Source: Candidatus Eiseniibacteriota bacterium (lineage in GTDB: Bacteria > Eisenbacteria > RBG-16-71-46 > CAIMUX01). From it: 64,000 nt of DNA. Positions 17,686-28,405 of the stretch are shown piece by piece (within the stretch, counting starts at the first letter, position 1; each line of letters starts with the position of its first letter). The stretch is taken from the NCBI GenBank assembly GCA_020633975.1, contig JACKCR010000010.1:65839-129838 (forward strand), in the 5' to 3' direction. The notes beneath the pieces were generated by a model. That model ran no database searches. It had not been told where the DNA came from and was given only the letters and a program-made list of their open reading frames with translations. Both the position numbers and the translations under genes were made by a program.

Positions 17686-20607
17686 CTACGCGACCTCGCT
17701 CTGATCGGCCAACGAGCTGAGCAGACGATCCTGCTCGCTTTGGAGCTGAAGCAACAAGCCTCGAGCGTCGGAGAGATTCCCATCTCGTCCACAGGCTTCC
17801 AGACGCTCGGCGAGTCTCCGGATCGGTTCCGCCGAAACGGACGCGGATGCTCCCTTGAGCTTGTGAGCCGAAGCGTCGAGTCCGGCCGCATCATCGTCTT
17901 CCACGGCGAGCTGGATCTCCGACACCCAATCCGGAAGGTACTCGGCGAGCTTGCGGACGAGACGATCTGCGAACTCCGTCCGGCCCATGCAGCGAGCGAG
18001 AAGGCTCTCGTAGTCGATCGGAGCGTCACTCTGACCGGCAGAGGGCGTGTTCGCGGCGATCGGGACAACTGATCGAGCCGTAGCCCGCTCGGCGGAAGGC
18101 CGCAACGTCGCCCAGGTCTCGACTCCACGGGCCAGGTCTTCGGGGTCGATCGGCTTCGTGATGAAGTCGTCCATCCCGGCCTCGAGGCAGGCTTCTCGGT
18201 TCCCCTTCATCGCGTGCGCGGTCAGCGCGAGTATCGGGCGACGAACCGTGCCGTCCGTAGTCTCCTGCTCCCAAGCACGGATCTGGCGGGTGGCCTCCCA
18301 GCCATCCATGACCGGCATCTGGCAGTCCATGAGGATGAGTGCGAAATCGTGCTCGCGAACGAGCGCGACGGCTTCCTCACCGTTGTGCGCAAAGATGGCG
18401 CGGCACCCGAGGCCCGACAGCATCTCCCCGATGACGGTCCGGTTGATCTCCGTGTCTTCTGCGACGAGAACGAGAAGTTCGGAACCGCTGTTCACGACGC
18501 GTGGTGGCGCTGCCGCCTTCTTCGCCGTCGGTGTCCGCGTCATGCGTCGGCCTGAGACCGCGACGAGGAGGGACTCGCGAAGTTCGGACTTCCGGATCGG
18601 CTTCGGAACGGACGCAGCGAACAGCTCGACTTCGTCCTCCGTCTCCCCTTCCGGGATCGAAGCGAATCCGTTCAGGTGTACGAGCGCGACACCGTCCAGA
18701 GCCCGATCCTCACGAATGAGCGCCGCGAGGCCGAGGCCGTCGAGTCCGGGCATGCTCCAGTCGATCAGTGCTGCGGAGTGAGGAGATCCGGCGAGAGCTG
18801 CGTCCCGTAGTGCCTCGAGCCCCTGCATCGCATCATAGGCTTCGTCGACGGAAGCACCCCAGGACGTGAGATACTCGGCCAACACCGACCGAGTCACGTC
18901 GCAGTCGTCGACCACCAGGATCTTCTTGCCGTCCAAACCACGCGGGTCATCCTTGGGAATGGCAGCCGAGAGATGTGAGATCCCGAGCATCACGGTGAGA
19001 CGGAAGTCGGAACCTGCACCCGGTGTGCTCTCGACCGTGACCGTCCCCCCCATCAGGCTCGCGAGCTGTCGCGAGATAGCCAGTCCCAACCCCGTCCCAC
19101 CGAACACGCGGGTCATCGAGTTGTCGGCTTGGGAAAACGGATCGAAGATGGAGCGCTGGTATTCGTAGGGAATGCCGCATCCGGTATCACTCACCTCGAA
19201 GCAGAGGGAGACACCGGGGCCAGAGGCCTCCTGTCGGTAGCAGTTCACGAAGACGCGGCCGTAGTCCGTGAACTTGAGCGCGTTGCCGAGCAGGTTCACG
19301 AGGATCTGACGGATCCGGTTTGCATCGCCGTGGAGCTCTGCCGGAACGTTGTCGTCCACCCGGTAGACCAGCTCGACGCCCTTGCTCTCCGCCTTCTCCG
19401 CAAAGATCCGGATCGAGCCGTCGATGAGATCGTGCGCGGAGAAGTCGCTCTCTTCGAGTTCGAAGCGACCGGCCTCGATCTTCGAGAAGTCGAGTGCGTC
19501 TCCGATGACGGTGAGAAGAGCATCCGCCGCGGTGAGCGCGTCGATCACATAGCGATCTTGCGAAGGCGTCAGCTCGGTGCGATGGAGCAGATGGAGCATT
19601 CCCATGACACCGGTCAGCGGCGTCCGGATCTCGTGGCTCATGTTCGCGAGGAACTGAGACTTCGCCGCGCTCGCGGCCTCCGATGCATCGGTGGCATCCC
19701 TGGCCCGGTCGAGTTCGGACTTCATGGCCGAGGCACTGGCCGCCACCCCGATCACTCCGGTGAGGGCGGCAAGAGTTTCGCTTCCGATACCTTCCCAAGA
19801 GGAAGCCGGCGCTCCCAGCACGAGGTACCCCCACCACGAACCGGAGGCTTGGATCGGAACCACACGCAGGCTCTCTACGTCGAGCGCGGCCAGCACGTCT
19901 CCCTCTGGTCCTTGCGCTGTGGAAGAGGAGACCTCCAGCGTCCGGCCGGCCAAGAGATGCTCCGCCCAGTGCAGCAACGCCGGACGAGTGCAATCGAGCA
20001 GCGAAGCCTGTGCAGAATCGGGCGGGGCCTCTCGGTTGGTCCAGGCGACGACTGGTACCTGGGGGCCAGGATGGGAGCGAGGATCTTTCAGTAGGTAGAC
20101 GACGTCGACTCCAAGCGCCTCGGCGAGCGGCTCGACGGCGACCGGAACCGTGGACTCCCACGACGTAGCGGAGAGTATCTCCTCCATGAACCGGCGGAGT
20201 TCTGCGAAGACGACGTCCTTGCGCCCGGTGGCCAACTCGAGCTCGGCGATCCGCTCGTTCGCTCGGTCTAGCTCGCCGCGCGCATCGGAGTGCTCCCGCG
20301 CCTCCAAGCGCCTAGACCTCTCGATCAGCGCGAACAGGAGAAGGGCGGCGCACAGGCAAGCCAAGATGCCGAATCCCACTCTCAGATCGACCCAAGGCGT
20401 GGGCGTTCCGGTCACCGCCCCGCCGAGGGCGAGGGCGATCGCGGACAGCAGGAGACACACCAAGGCGACCGGGGGCCCGGCGGAACCGTGTGGCTTTCTC
20501 CGCGAGGGCCGCTGAGGGTCCCTCATCTGCTCGTTGTCTCCATCTATAGCTTCCCTTCCAGGACACGATCGTTCGATCTGGACGGCTTCTTGAGAGGTAG
20601 TGGCCAA
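17686..20607 (-). CDS. Hybrid sensor histidine kinase/response regulator. It has N-terminal TM and GAF-like regions, HisKA, HATPase_c, two REC domains and a C-terminal Hpt domain.
   Basis: H-box [21 protein letters not shown]-box [12 protein letters not shown] / [10 protein letters not shown]. Two REC segments containing D...LMDCQMP. Hpt motif [11 protein letters not shown]. Confidence 0.9.
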   Translation of the reverse strand: MATTSQEAVQIERSCPGREAIDGDNEQMRDPQRPSRRKPHGSAGPPVALVCLLLSAIALALGGAVTGTPTPWVDLRVGFGILACLCAALLLFALIERSRRLEAREHSDARGELDRANERIAELELATGRKDVVFAELRRFMEEILSATSWESTVPVAVEPLAEALGVDVVYLLKDPRSHPGPQVPVVAWTNREAPPDSAQASLLDCTRPALLHWAEHLLAGRTLEVSSSTAQGPEGDVLAALDVESLRVVPIQASGSWWGYLVLGAPASSWEGIGSETLAALTGVIGVAASASAMKSELDRARDATDASEAASAAKSQFLANMSHEIRTPLTGVMGMLHLLHRTELTPSQDRYVIDALTAADALLTVIGDALDFSKIEAGRFELEESDFSAHDLIDGSIRIFAEKAESKGVELVYRVDDNVPAELHGDANRIRQILVNLLGNALKFTDYGRVFVNCYRQEASGPGVSLCFEVSDTGCGIPYEYQRSIFDPFSQADNSMTRVFGGTGLGLAISRQLASLMGGTVTVESTPGAGSDFRLTVMLGISHLSAAIPKDDPRGLDGKKILVVDDCDVTRSVLAEYLTSWGASVDEAYDAMQGLEALRDAALAGSPHSAALIDWSMPGLDGLGLAALIREDRALDGVALVHLNGFASIPEGETEDEVELFAASVPKPIRKSELRESLLVAVSGRRMTRTPTAKKAAAPPRVVNSGSELLVLVAEDTEINRTVIGEMLSGLGCRAIFAHNGEEAVALVREHDFALILMDCQMPVMDGWEATRQIRAWEQETTDGTVRRPILALTAHAMKGNREACLEAGMDDFITKPIDPEDLARGVETWATLRPSAERATARSVVPIAANTPSAGQSDAPIDYESLLARCMGRTEFADRLVRKLAEYLPDWVSEIQLAVEDDDAAGLDASAHKLKGASASVSAEPIRRLAERLEACGRDGNLSDARGLLLQLQSEQDRLLSSLADQSEVA

Positions 20608-20758
20608 TGGCGGCCGCGGAACCCGACCTCAAGAAGCCCCATTTGCGGGCCGACACTGGATCGAACGTCGGCGATCTGGCCGGGACCAAACTCCAGTGCC
20701 GCAACGGGCCCGGAACGGCGTCGTCACAGCTGCTCTCGATCGAAAGAGGGGGTCTCGA

Positions 20759-21550
20759 ATGCGCACGTTCGCTCCGATGTTGCTACTCGGCCTGGCTTTG
20801 GGCCCAGTGAGCGGTCTCACCTCCGGGACGGCGGCCGCGTCCTCCGACAGCTCCTCGGCGACGGCGGTTGCCGATCAGCAGGCAGGAACGGCCGAGCAGG
20901 TCGGGATCTCCGAAACCCCCGGATCACCCGTGGCGGTGGATTGGGGCCTCACCTTCGCATCTCGCTACCTGTTCCAGGGACAGGACCTGAGCAACGGCAA
21001 GCCGGTCGCCCAGCCGGAGCTGGCTCTCTCCTATGGCGCGATCTCGGGGTCCCTCTGGATGAACCGAGACTTTGCGGAGTCCCACTTCAACGAGATCGAC
21101 GGCTTCGTTTCGGTCGGACGAGACTTCTCGAAGCTCTGGGCCTCGATCGGATACGGATACTACGAGTATCCGAACCGGGACGACTGGGACCCGTCCCAGG
21201 AGATCATCTTCGACTTCGCTCTCGCGGCGCCGGTCAGCCCGACCCTGACCGTGAACTACGACTTCGACGCGGGCGACGGCTACTACGCGACCTTGGGCGG
21301 AAGTCAGGCCCTTCCCGGTCAGCTCTCCACGCTCAGCGCGTACAGCAACCTCTTCTATCAGGGTAGCTACTACGACGTCTCCGGGATCCCTGCCTGGGAG
21401 CTCGGTCTCGCGACGGAACGAGAGCTCGGAGGATTCCTCTTCGCCGGTGCCGTGTCCCGCTTCACGACCTGGGACAACGGTGACTTCGCGAACGAAGGCG
21501 CGGTGCCGGCAAACTGGTACTTCAGTCTGTCGATCGTGGGGAGCAACTAG
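20759..21550 (+). CDS. Secreted TorF/Gcw_chp-like putative outer-membrane protein (family assignment tentative).
   Basis: The ATG at 20759 has an AAGAGGGGG SD and gives signal peptide MRTFAPMLLLGLALGPVSG. The segment VDWGLTFASRYLFQGQDLSNGKPVAQPELALSYG resembles the Gcw_chp N-terminal motif. The protein is aromatic-rich. Confidence 0.45.
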   Translation: MRTFAPMLLLGLALGPVSGLTSGTAAASSDSSSATAVADQQAGTAEQVGISETPGSPVAVDWGLTFASRYLFQGQDLSNGKPVAQPELALSYGAISGSLWMNRDFAESHFNEIDGFVSVGRDFSKLWASIGYGYYEYPNRDDWDPSQEIIFDFALAAPVSPTLTVNYDFDAGDGYYATLGGSQALPGQLSTLSAYSNLFYQGSYYDVSGIPAWELGLATERELGGFLFAGAVSRFTTWDNGDFANEGAVPANWYFSLSIVGSN

Positions 21551-21640
21551 CAGACTGCGGAAGGCCCCTCGTCGGCTGCACCACAGACGACGGGGGAAGC
21601 TAGGCGGGACGCGTCGTCCCGTCCGAGAGGTTCAACGGGA

Positions 21641-23128
21641 GTGCTAGACCAACTCGCGCAGAGAGAGTTCCCAGCCCGCCCCATCATCGTCGCGACTGGA
21701 TTCTCGACTTGTCTACTCGGTGACGAGCGAACGCTCCGGGAGTTCGTGATCGGCGACCAGGTGCGGCAGGCTCTGTCGAACGCTGGACACAACGTTCTCC
21801 TCTACCTGATCAACGACACCTACGATCCGCTCGACTACCGACAGCTCCGAGTCGGAGTGAACAAGGATCCGGGTTTGATCGAGCGCTACGCCCCGTTCTG
21901 CGGCATGCCGATCGCCGAGATTCCGGATCCGTTCGGTTGCCACTCCAGCTACGCGGATCACTTCGCCGACGCCTGGATGGCCCGGCTCCGCTCGCTCGAC
22001 ATCCACCCGGTGTTGATCGACTCCCATCGCGCCTACAAACGCGGTCACTACGCTACCTACATCCATCAGGTCCTCGAGCAGTACGCGGAGATCCAGGAGT
22101 CCGTCGCGCACAAGTTCGACGGTGAATACACCCTCAGCCAGCTCTTCCGGGTCCAGTGCCCGACCTGTCGGCACCTCGATCAAACGGAGCTGAAGCACGT
22201 CGAGAACGGTGAAGTCACCTTCTCATGCGAACGGTGCAATCACCGCAAGTCGCTCCCGATGAGCGAGATCGAGGGCAAACTCCACTGGAAGATCGACTGC
22301 GCCGCGCGGTGGAACCTCTACCGGATCGACGTCGAGACGTTCTCCAAGCCCCACTGTGGCCGCCTGGGTACGCTTCGCGTCGCGCGTCATCTCTCGAAGG
22401 AGTTCTTCGGCGGCGCCGCGCCCCAGGTCGCAAGCTACGGGGCCGTCAACCTGAGCCGTGACCTGTCCGGCAAGCTGCTCGACACACTTCCGCCCCAGAT
22501 CCTCAAGGCGATGTTCGCAGAAACGCCTCGACAGGACCTCGTCATCCGACGGGATACGGTCGAGAACTTCTGCCGTCGAGAAGAGTTCCTGCCTTCGGTG
22601 ACGTACGCAGGCTGGGTCCGCCAGGTACTTCCCATTCTCGCTCTCAAGGGCGACCCAGATGGTCTGGGAGGTCACAAGAGCGTCCGAGTCGTTCAGGGAA
22701 GGGCCGAACGCGAGTCGATCCTGCTCGGGAACAACTTCTCACAGCTGTTCTACAACCGCTCGTTCGGAGTTCAGTATCCGGCGTTCTCGGTCCTCGAGAC
22801 AGCAGACACCGATGCAGTCGAAGCTGCGGTCAAGGTGTTGGACCACGCGCTGGCTCTTCGCCAGGACGCTACGGCAGATCAGGCCGATACTCCGGGCCTC
22901 GTGAAGGACTTCCTCCGCGATGTGTCTCAGGATCGAGCGCCGTACGTGTTCCTGCGAGACTTCATGAATCACAAGGTGGGTGCGCACGTGAGCACTGCGA
23001 TCGCGACTGTGCCCGTGCCGTACCTCGAGATGCTACGAGACATCCTCCAACTCCACCTGAGGAGCGAGGGAGCCGTCGTCGACTTCGGAAAGGAGGAGCA
23101 CGATGAAGAGACTCGTGCTGCAGCTTAG
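21641..23128 (+). CDS. Class I lysyl-tRNA synthetase (LysK)-like paralogue with degenerate HIGH and KMSKS motifs. It retains a CxxC...CxxC zinc-ribbon insertion.
   Basis: GMPIAEIPDPFGCHSSYADHF and YKRGHY align with archaeal LysRS-I [21 protein letters not shown] and YKRGEY. The HIGH position reads TGFSTCLLGD (no His). The KMSKS region reads roughly RDLSGK. Zn ribbon CPTCRH...CERCNH. Confidence 0.55.
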   Translation: MLDQLAQREFPARPIIVATGFSTCLLGDERTLREFVIGDQVRQALSNAGHNVLLYLINDTYDPLDYRQLRVGVNKDPGLIERYAPFCGMPIAEIPDPFGCHSSYADHFADAWMARLRSLDIHPVLIDSHRAYKRGHYATYIHQVLEQYAEIQESVAHKFDGEYTLSQLFRVQCPTCRHLDQTELKHVENGEVTFSCERCNHRKSLPMSEIEGKLHWKIDCAARWNLYRIDVETFSKPHCGRLGTLRVARHLSKEFFGGAAPQVASYGAVNLSRDLSGKLLDTLPPQILKAMFAETPRQDLVIRRDTVENFCRREEFLPSVTYAGWVRQVLPILALKGDPDGLGGHKSVRVVQGRAERESILLGNNFSQLFYNRSFGVQYPAFSVLETADTDAVEAAVKVLDHALALRQDATADQADTPGLVKDFLRDVSQDRAPYVFLRDFMNHKVGAHVSTAIATVPVPYLEMLRDILQLHLRSEGAVVDFGKEEHDEETRAAA

Positions 23129-23954
23129 CGTTCTCTGCCTAGCCGCGTTCGTGGGGGCGTGTTCGAACTCGGACACCGCGAACACCACGAACAAGAGCTC
23201 GGCGAACGTCGACAACTCACTGACCCGCGTCCAGGACGCCGGCGTGCTCCAGTGGGGCGCAGACGTCGTGGGCGGCGTTCCCTATGTCTACGAGGACCCG
23301 GATCATCCAGGCGAGTACATCGGCTTCGAGATGGACATCGCGCAGGCGGTCGCGGCTCGTCTCGGCGTCGAGCTCCAGCTCGTCATCAAGGCTTGGGACA
23401 CACTCATCCCGGAACTCCAGCGAGGCAGCTACGACCTGGCCATGAACGGGATCGAGAACACCGAAGATCGGTCCGAAATGGTCCTCTTCAGTGCTCCCTA
23501 TTTCGTGTATGCGCAGCAGATCACGGTGCGCAATGAGACGAACGACATCAATGGACTCGACGACCTCCAGGGCAAGAAGGTCGCGACGCTCTCCGGTACC
23601 GCAGCCGAAGACATCCTTCGGGCCTCGGACGGGGTTCACGTCGTGACCAACCCCGAGATCATCTACAGCTATCGGGACCTGGAAGACGGACGAGTCGACG
23701 CAGTCGTGCTGGACACCCCGATCGCTGCCGCGTACGGGGCTCCGAACCCGAAACTCAAGAACGTCGGTGACTCTTTCGCGGAAGGCGAGTACGTGATCGC
23801 GTTCCGGCGGAACGACGTGGCCCTCCGGAACGCGGTGGACTCGGCGCTCCACCAGATCAAGACCGACGGCACGTTCCAGCAGATCCTCGAGAAGTGGGGA
23901 CTCTTCGACCAACACCAGCAGCGAATCGTGAACATCGATTCAGCATCCAACTGA
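23103..23954 (+). CDS. Lipoprotein of the type-3 periplasmic solute-binding protein family (amino-acid ABC transporter SBP-like).
   Basis: AAGGAGGAG SD. Lipobox LAAFVGAC. The family-3 SBP fold shows motifs WDTLIPELQRGSYDLAMNGI, ATLSGTAAED and DAVVLDTPIAAAY. Confidence 0.8.
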   Translation: MKRLVLQLSVLCLAAFVGACSNSDTANTTNKSSANVDNSLTRVQDAGVLQWGADVVGGVPYVYEDPDHPGEYIGFEMDIAQAVAARLGVELQLVIKAWDTLIPELQRGSYDLAMNGIENTEDRSEMVLFSAPYFVYAQQITVRNETNDINGLDDLQGKKVATLSGTAAEDILRASDGVHVVTNPEIIYSYRDLEDGRVDAVVLDTPIAAAYGAPNPKLKNVGDSFAEGEYVIAFRRNDVALRNAVDSALHQIKTDGTFQQILEKWGLFDQHQQRIVNIDSASN

Positions 23955-23968
23955 ACGGAGAGGGCGCA

Positions 23969-25387
23969 ATGCCGCAGACGGCGACGCGTTGCTACGAGGT
24001 CTTCGCTCCAGCCGATGGCTCGATACTGGTCGAGGTCCCGCTCGAACCCAAGAGCGAGATCGCGAAGAAGCTGACCAGGATCGAGTCGTCCAAGACGAGG
24101 GTCAATCCCGCCGACGTCCAGCCTTTCCTCGATCGGCTCCGTGTTCGGCTCCAAGCGAACCGGGGCAAGTTGATCGAGATCATGCAGGCCGAGACCGGCT
24201 TCATCACTCGTGATACCGAGGAGATCGTCGATTCGTCGATCGAGTTCCTCCAAGACTTCGAGACCTACGCAACGGAGCAGGTGGACCGGAGGCAAATCGT
24301 CCGCCACTCCTACTCTTCGAGCGTAGGGCGGGACATGCTCGTCATTCAGAGACCCTGTCGTTGCGTCGCCGCCGTGGTCCCGCAGAACGCGTCCCTCACT
24401 CTCAGCATCATCATCATTGCGTCGGCGCTCTATGCCGGTTCCAAGGTGATCTTGCGCCCTGCGCTCCAGTGCAGTGCCTCCGGGGCGATCCTCTCCGATC
24501 TAGTCATGGAGAGCGACCCGCCCGCGGGCTCGGTCACCTTCACGAACTGCCTGGCCAAGGACTTCCTCGAGGCCTGCTGCGAGTCCGACGCCGTCGATGT
24601 GATCCACTACATCGGCAGCAACCAGTACGCTCTCTCCGTCCTCAACAAGTCGTTCGAAGCCGGCAAGACCTGCCTCCTCGACGGCCAAGGCAACGGCCTG
24701 CTCTACGTCGACGAAACCTTCCCGCTGGGCGAGGCCGTCGAGATCATCGCCAGCGGGTCGACTCGCTACAACGGCGAGACCTGCACATCGATCAACGGCG
24801 TTCTGATCGCTCCCCCGGTCTACGAGGAGCTGAAGGAAGCCCTCACGGCACGGTTCGAGCAGTTCATCACGGGAGACCCGAAGGACGAACGTACCGACAT
24901 CGGCCCGCTCTTCAGCGCCCGCCAGGCCTTGGAGTTCCGTTCCGGACTCCTCGACCAAGGGAGTCACAAACTACTGGTCGGGGGCGACATCGACGGCGCC
25001 TACGTTCGGCCGGCCGTCGTCGTCGGCGTGAAGCACACCGACATCATGGCGATGCAGGGCTTCTTCGGACCGGCAGTCTGGATCGCTTCGTCCTCCTTGG
25101 ACGAAGTCTCCACCTGGCTGTCTTCGAACCAGTTCCCGCTCAGTGACACCGTTCTCAGCAGAGACCCTGCCGTGATGAGGCACTTCGCTGCCATCACCCA
25201 CGCCGCTCGCGTCTGCATCAACCAGGATCCGTCCATCGAGTCGATGTTCGAGCCTTGGGGCGGCTACCCCCCAAGCGGCCTCAACCCGGTGTCGGTCTGG
25301 ATAGACAAGTACAAGCGCACGTTCCAGGTCGACGGGCGACTGACCGACCTCACGAGCATGCGGATGACCGGCACGGACAGAGGCTGA
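23969..25387 (+). CDS. Divergent aldehyde-dehydrogenase-superfamily protein.
   Basis: About 470 aa with a Rossmann-like GSxxxG region, a candidate catalytic Cys in YNGETCTSINGVL and a candidate Glu in LLDGQGNG. SD GGAGAGGG. Similarity to canonical ALDH is weak. Confidence 0.5.
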   Translation: MPQTATRCYEVFAPADGSILVEVPLEPKSEIAKKLTRIESSKTRVNPADVQPFLDRLRVRLQANRGKLIEIMQAETGFITRDTEEIVDSSIEFLQDFETYATEQVDRRQIVRHSYSSSVGRDMLVIQRPCRCVAAVVPQNASLTLSIIIIASALYAGSKVILRPALQCSASGAILSDLVMESDPPAGSVTFTNCLAKDFLEACCESDAVDVIHYIGSNQYALSVLNKSFEAGKTCLLDGQGNGLLYVDETFPLGEAVEIIASGSTRYNGETCTSINGVLIAPPVYEELKEALTARFEQFITGDPKDERTDIGPLFSARQALEFRSGLLDQGSHKLLVGGDIDGAYVRPAVVVGVKHTDIMAMQGFFGPAVWIASSSLDEVSTWLSSNQFPLSDTVLSRDPAVMRHFAAITHAARVCINQDPSIESMFEPWGGYPPSGLNPVSVWIDKYKRTFQVDGRLTDLTSMRMTGTDRG

Positions 25388-27255
25388 TGGCTCCGCTCCG
25401 GCGATTCCGATCTCTCTCGGTGCGGATGAAGATCATCCTCATCGTCGTGAGCCTGCTCGTCCTCTCGATGTCGGCCACGGCGCTGCTGGTTCGGGACATC
25501 GCCTCCCGAAACATCGTGGCCAACCAGATGCGTACGGCCGAGGTCCTCACCGCGTCGATCGTCCACGACATCAAGTACGAGTTCGACGCGGATCGATACG
25601 ACTACGTCCAGAACATCGTCGCGAAGTACATGACCTACTACCGGGTCATCAGCCACATCGGCTACTACAACCCCGACGGAGTGAACCTCGCCGACTCCGA
25701 CTCGAACCGGATCGGGGAGCAGAACTCGGATCCAGACGTCCAGATCGCGCTCGATACTGCGACCCCCAGGCTCTACGTGTCGAACGACGATTGGCACGCC
25801 TTCGAGATCCGTTCCGTCGCGCCCGTTCTCCGCGGTTCACGGGTTGCAGGCGTAGTCACGATGGACATCTCGGTCGCGGACCTCCATGCGACGCTATCCG
25901 CCATCATCCACCGAGTCGCCATCATCATGGCGGCGCAAGTTCTGGTGGCCTCGCTCTTCCTCTTCATCCTCCTCGATCGGGCCATCCTCCGGAGGCTGAC
26001 GTCGCTCCGGCACGCCACGGAACGGATCGCGTCCGGCGACTACACGGTCCAGGCGATGGATCAAGGTGGTGACGAGGTGGGTGACTTGGCACGCGCCTTC
26101 AACCAAATGGCGACCGAAGTCTCGAGAGCCAAGACGGAGATCGAGGAGCACAACCGCACCTTGGAGGACCGCGTTGCCGAAGCGACGAGCGAACTCCAGA
26201 AGACGTACGACGACCTGAAGAACACGCAGGGCCAGCTCGTGCTCAACGAGAAGATGGCCTCGCTCGGTGTGCTCATCGCCGGAATCGCCCACGAGATCAA
26301 CACTCCGGTCGGTGCGATCCTGAACGTCTCGCGCCAGATGGAGTCTCGAATCCGATCGATGCCGGAGATCCTCAGACAGTTCCGTCGGGAATCGACCTGC
26401 CCTGACGACCGGATCGTCGCCTGTCTCGAGGAGATTCGGAAGAACTGCATGGCACCGCGCTCCGTCACCGCATATCGGGAGACCCGAGTGCTCGAACAGA
26501 TGCTTCAGAACGCAGGGGTGACGCGGTATCGGGAGCTCGCGAGCCAGCTCATGAAGCTGAACATGGGCTCGGTGGACAAGGCGCGGGCCTATCTCGACTG
26601 CCTTACGGATCCGAAGTTCTTCCGAGTGGCCGAGTCTTTCGCGAGCATCGCCCAGGCGGCTTCCATCGCCGAGACCAGCTCTCGCAAGATCGGTGAGACG
26701 ATCCGCGCGCTTCGGTACTACTCCCACGGCGACCGTGACAGGATCGAGCCGATCGACGTCAACGAGTCGATCCACACCGGCCTCGTCCTGCTCCGGAATG
26801 CACTCAAGCACACGGTGACCTTGGAGACGGACCTCGCCGACGATCTGCCACGCATTTCGGGAACCAATGAGATTCACCAGGTCTGGACGAACCTGCTCAT
26901 CAACGCTTGTGACGCGGTCGGCACCTCGCGCGGTGCGGAGAACGGCAAGATCGTGGTCTCCAGCCGTGAGATCGAGGGGAAGATTCGCGTTCGAGTCGCC
27001 GACAACGGCCCCGGCGTTCCCGAGGACATTCAGGGAAAGATCTTCGATCCATTCTTCACCACCAAGGACATCGGGAGTGGCACCGGCCTCGGCCTTTCCA
27101 TCGTATCCGGGTTGGTCAAGAAGCACGGGGGTGAGATCCGGCTCCACAGCCGTCCGGGAGAGACGGTCTTCGAAGTCGACCTTCCGATCCCCGAGGCTGC
27201 CGCGAAGGGTGGCGATAGTGTGAGAACGGGAACCGATCCGGAGCCTGTCCAGTGA
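25387..27255 (+). CDS. Membrane sensor histidine kinase (TM, periplasmic sensor, HAMP, HisKA, HATPase_c). Its start overlaps the upstream stop by 1 nt.
   Basis: H-box [24 protein letters not shown]-box [13 protein letters not shown]-boxes [22 protein letters not shown] and GTGLGLSIV. Confidence 0.85.
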   Translation: MAPLRRFRSLSVRMKIILIVVSLLVLSMSATALLVRDIASRNIVANQMRTAEVLTASIVHDIKYEFDADRYDYVQNIVAKYMTYYRVISHIGYYNPDGVNLADSDSNRIGEQNSDPDVQIALDTATPRLYVSNDDWHAFEIRSVAPVLRGSRVAGVVTMDISVADLHATLSAIIHRVAIIMAAQVLVASLFLFILLDRAILRRLTSLRHATERIASGDYTVQAMDQGGDEVGDLARAFNQMATEVSRAKTEIEEHNRTLEDRVAEATSELQKTYDDLKNTQGQLVLNEKMASLGVLIAGIAHEINTPVGAILNVSRQMESRIRSMPEILRQFRRESTCPDDRIVACLEEIRKNCMAPRSVTAYRETRVLEQMLQNAGVTRYRELASQLMKLNMGSVDKARAYLDCLTDPKFFRVAESFASIAQAASIAETSSRKIGETIRALRYYSHGDRDRIEPIDVNESIHTGLVLLRNALKHTVTLETDLADDLPRISGTNEIHQVWTNLLINACDAVGTSRGAENGKIVVSSREIEGKIRVRVADNGPGVPEDIQGKIFDPFFTTKDIGSGTGLGLSIVSGLVKKHGGEIRLHSRPGETVFEVDLPIPEAAAKGGDSVRTGTDPEPVQ

Positions 27256-27295
27256 TTGCGACGATGACCTCGATCCAGCGGCCGCCATCGATGGA

Positions 27296-28306
27296 GTGGA
27301 GATGGGAGAGATGAAGTCCCCAGTCGAGTACTACATACTCTGCGTGGACGACGATGAGGAGTTCCTTCGCTCCCTGGAGTTCTTCCTGCCCGATCGGATC
27401 AACGATGGATCCAGGCCCGACATGTGGTGCCGGTTCATCTTCCTGGCCGACCCGTCGGAGGCGTTGTCCGTTCTTCACGAACTCGAGGCGGACGGTGAAA
27501 CCCTCGCCCTCATCCTCTCCGATCAGAAGATGCCGGGAATGACCGGCACGGTGCTTCTCGACAAGGCGAGGGACGCCTACGCGGATTGCGTGCGTGTCCT
27601 CCTGACGGGACACGCTGGAATCGAGTCCGCCGTGCTCGCGATCAACGGGGGCACGATCGACGCATACCTCACGAAGCCGATCGAATCCGAAGAGAGCTTC
27701 ACGAAGTGCGTGAGGGAGCTTGTGATCGAATTCCATGTACACCGCACACGCGTCGAGGACGGAGCCACATCAACCGAGATTCGGCCCGTCGGTGTCAGCG
27801 CTGGTGTCGCCGTTCCCGAGGCGACCGGGATCGGCTCGGAACCACAGCTCGAGGACCTGAGCGATCTCATCCGCAGTCTGGTCGAAGACACTCGGACCAG
27901 CTCGAACCGTCCGATCACGTTCCAGTGCGAGCTGGCGGACGACGAAGCCTGGGCCCACGTTCGTATCTCGGATCTCCGGAAGGTCATCGAGACGTTCCTC
28001 GACAACGCCATGAAGTTCTCCAAGGCCGACAAGCCGATCGAGGTCTCCCTGTCCGAGCAGGACGGCTGGCTCGTCGCCACCTCCCGGGACGAGGGAATCG
28101 GGTTTCCGCGCGAACTCTCCGGAGAACTCAGGCGCCCGCGCACGCTGCCGGACTTCGACGGATCCGGTGGGACTCTGCATAGCCTCACACGCGCGAATGA
28201 ACTCGCCCACCTCGCCGGAGGCCGGATCGAGGCGTGGAGCGATGGGATCGGTCGCGGAGCGACGTTCGCGCTCTACGTCCCCTCTGCGCGTCGTCAAGCC
28301 GCCTGA
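27296..28306 (+). CDS. Response-regulator receiver domain fused to a histidine-kinase-like ATPase domain, without a recognisable HisKA.
   Basis: The REC domain has the phospho-accepting Asp in [15 protein letters not shown] and a conserved K in LTKP. The C-terminal half has N/G-box-like motifs [16 protein letters not shown] and [19 protein letters not shown]. Confidence 0.65.
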   Translation: MEMGEMKSPVEYYILCVDDDEEFLRSLEFFLPDRINDGSRPDMWCRFIFLADPSEALSVLHELEADGETLALILSDQKMPGMTGTVLLDKARDAYADCVRVLLTGHAGIESAVLAINGGTIDAYLTKPIESEESFTKCVRELVIEFHVHRTRVEDGATSTEIRPVGVSAGVAVPEATGIGSEPQLEDLSDLIRSLVEDTRTSSNRPITFQCELADDEAWAHVRISDLRKVIETFLDNAMKFSKADKPIEVSLSEQDGWLVATSRDEGIGFPRELSGELRRPRTLPDFDGSGGTLHSLTRANELAHLAGGRIEAWSDGIGRGATFALYVPSARRQAA

Positions 28307-28405
28307 TTCCAGACGCCTGAATTCGCTCAGCCTGGAGAGGAGTCGGGACTGGACACCTGCCCCGGTTGGCCTCGTATACTCGGGCGTCTCGAAAGGGGAT
28401 CCCAT

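Noticed and set aside
21551-21640. Imperfect GC hairpins (CCCCTCGTCG...CGACGGGGG; GGGACG-cgt-CGTCCC) after the TorF-like gene, considered as a possible terminator or small RNA.
   Set aside because: The stems are imperfect and short with no U-tract. The evidence is insufficient, so this is not called as a feature.
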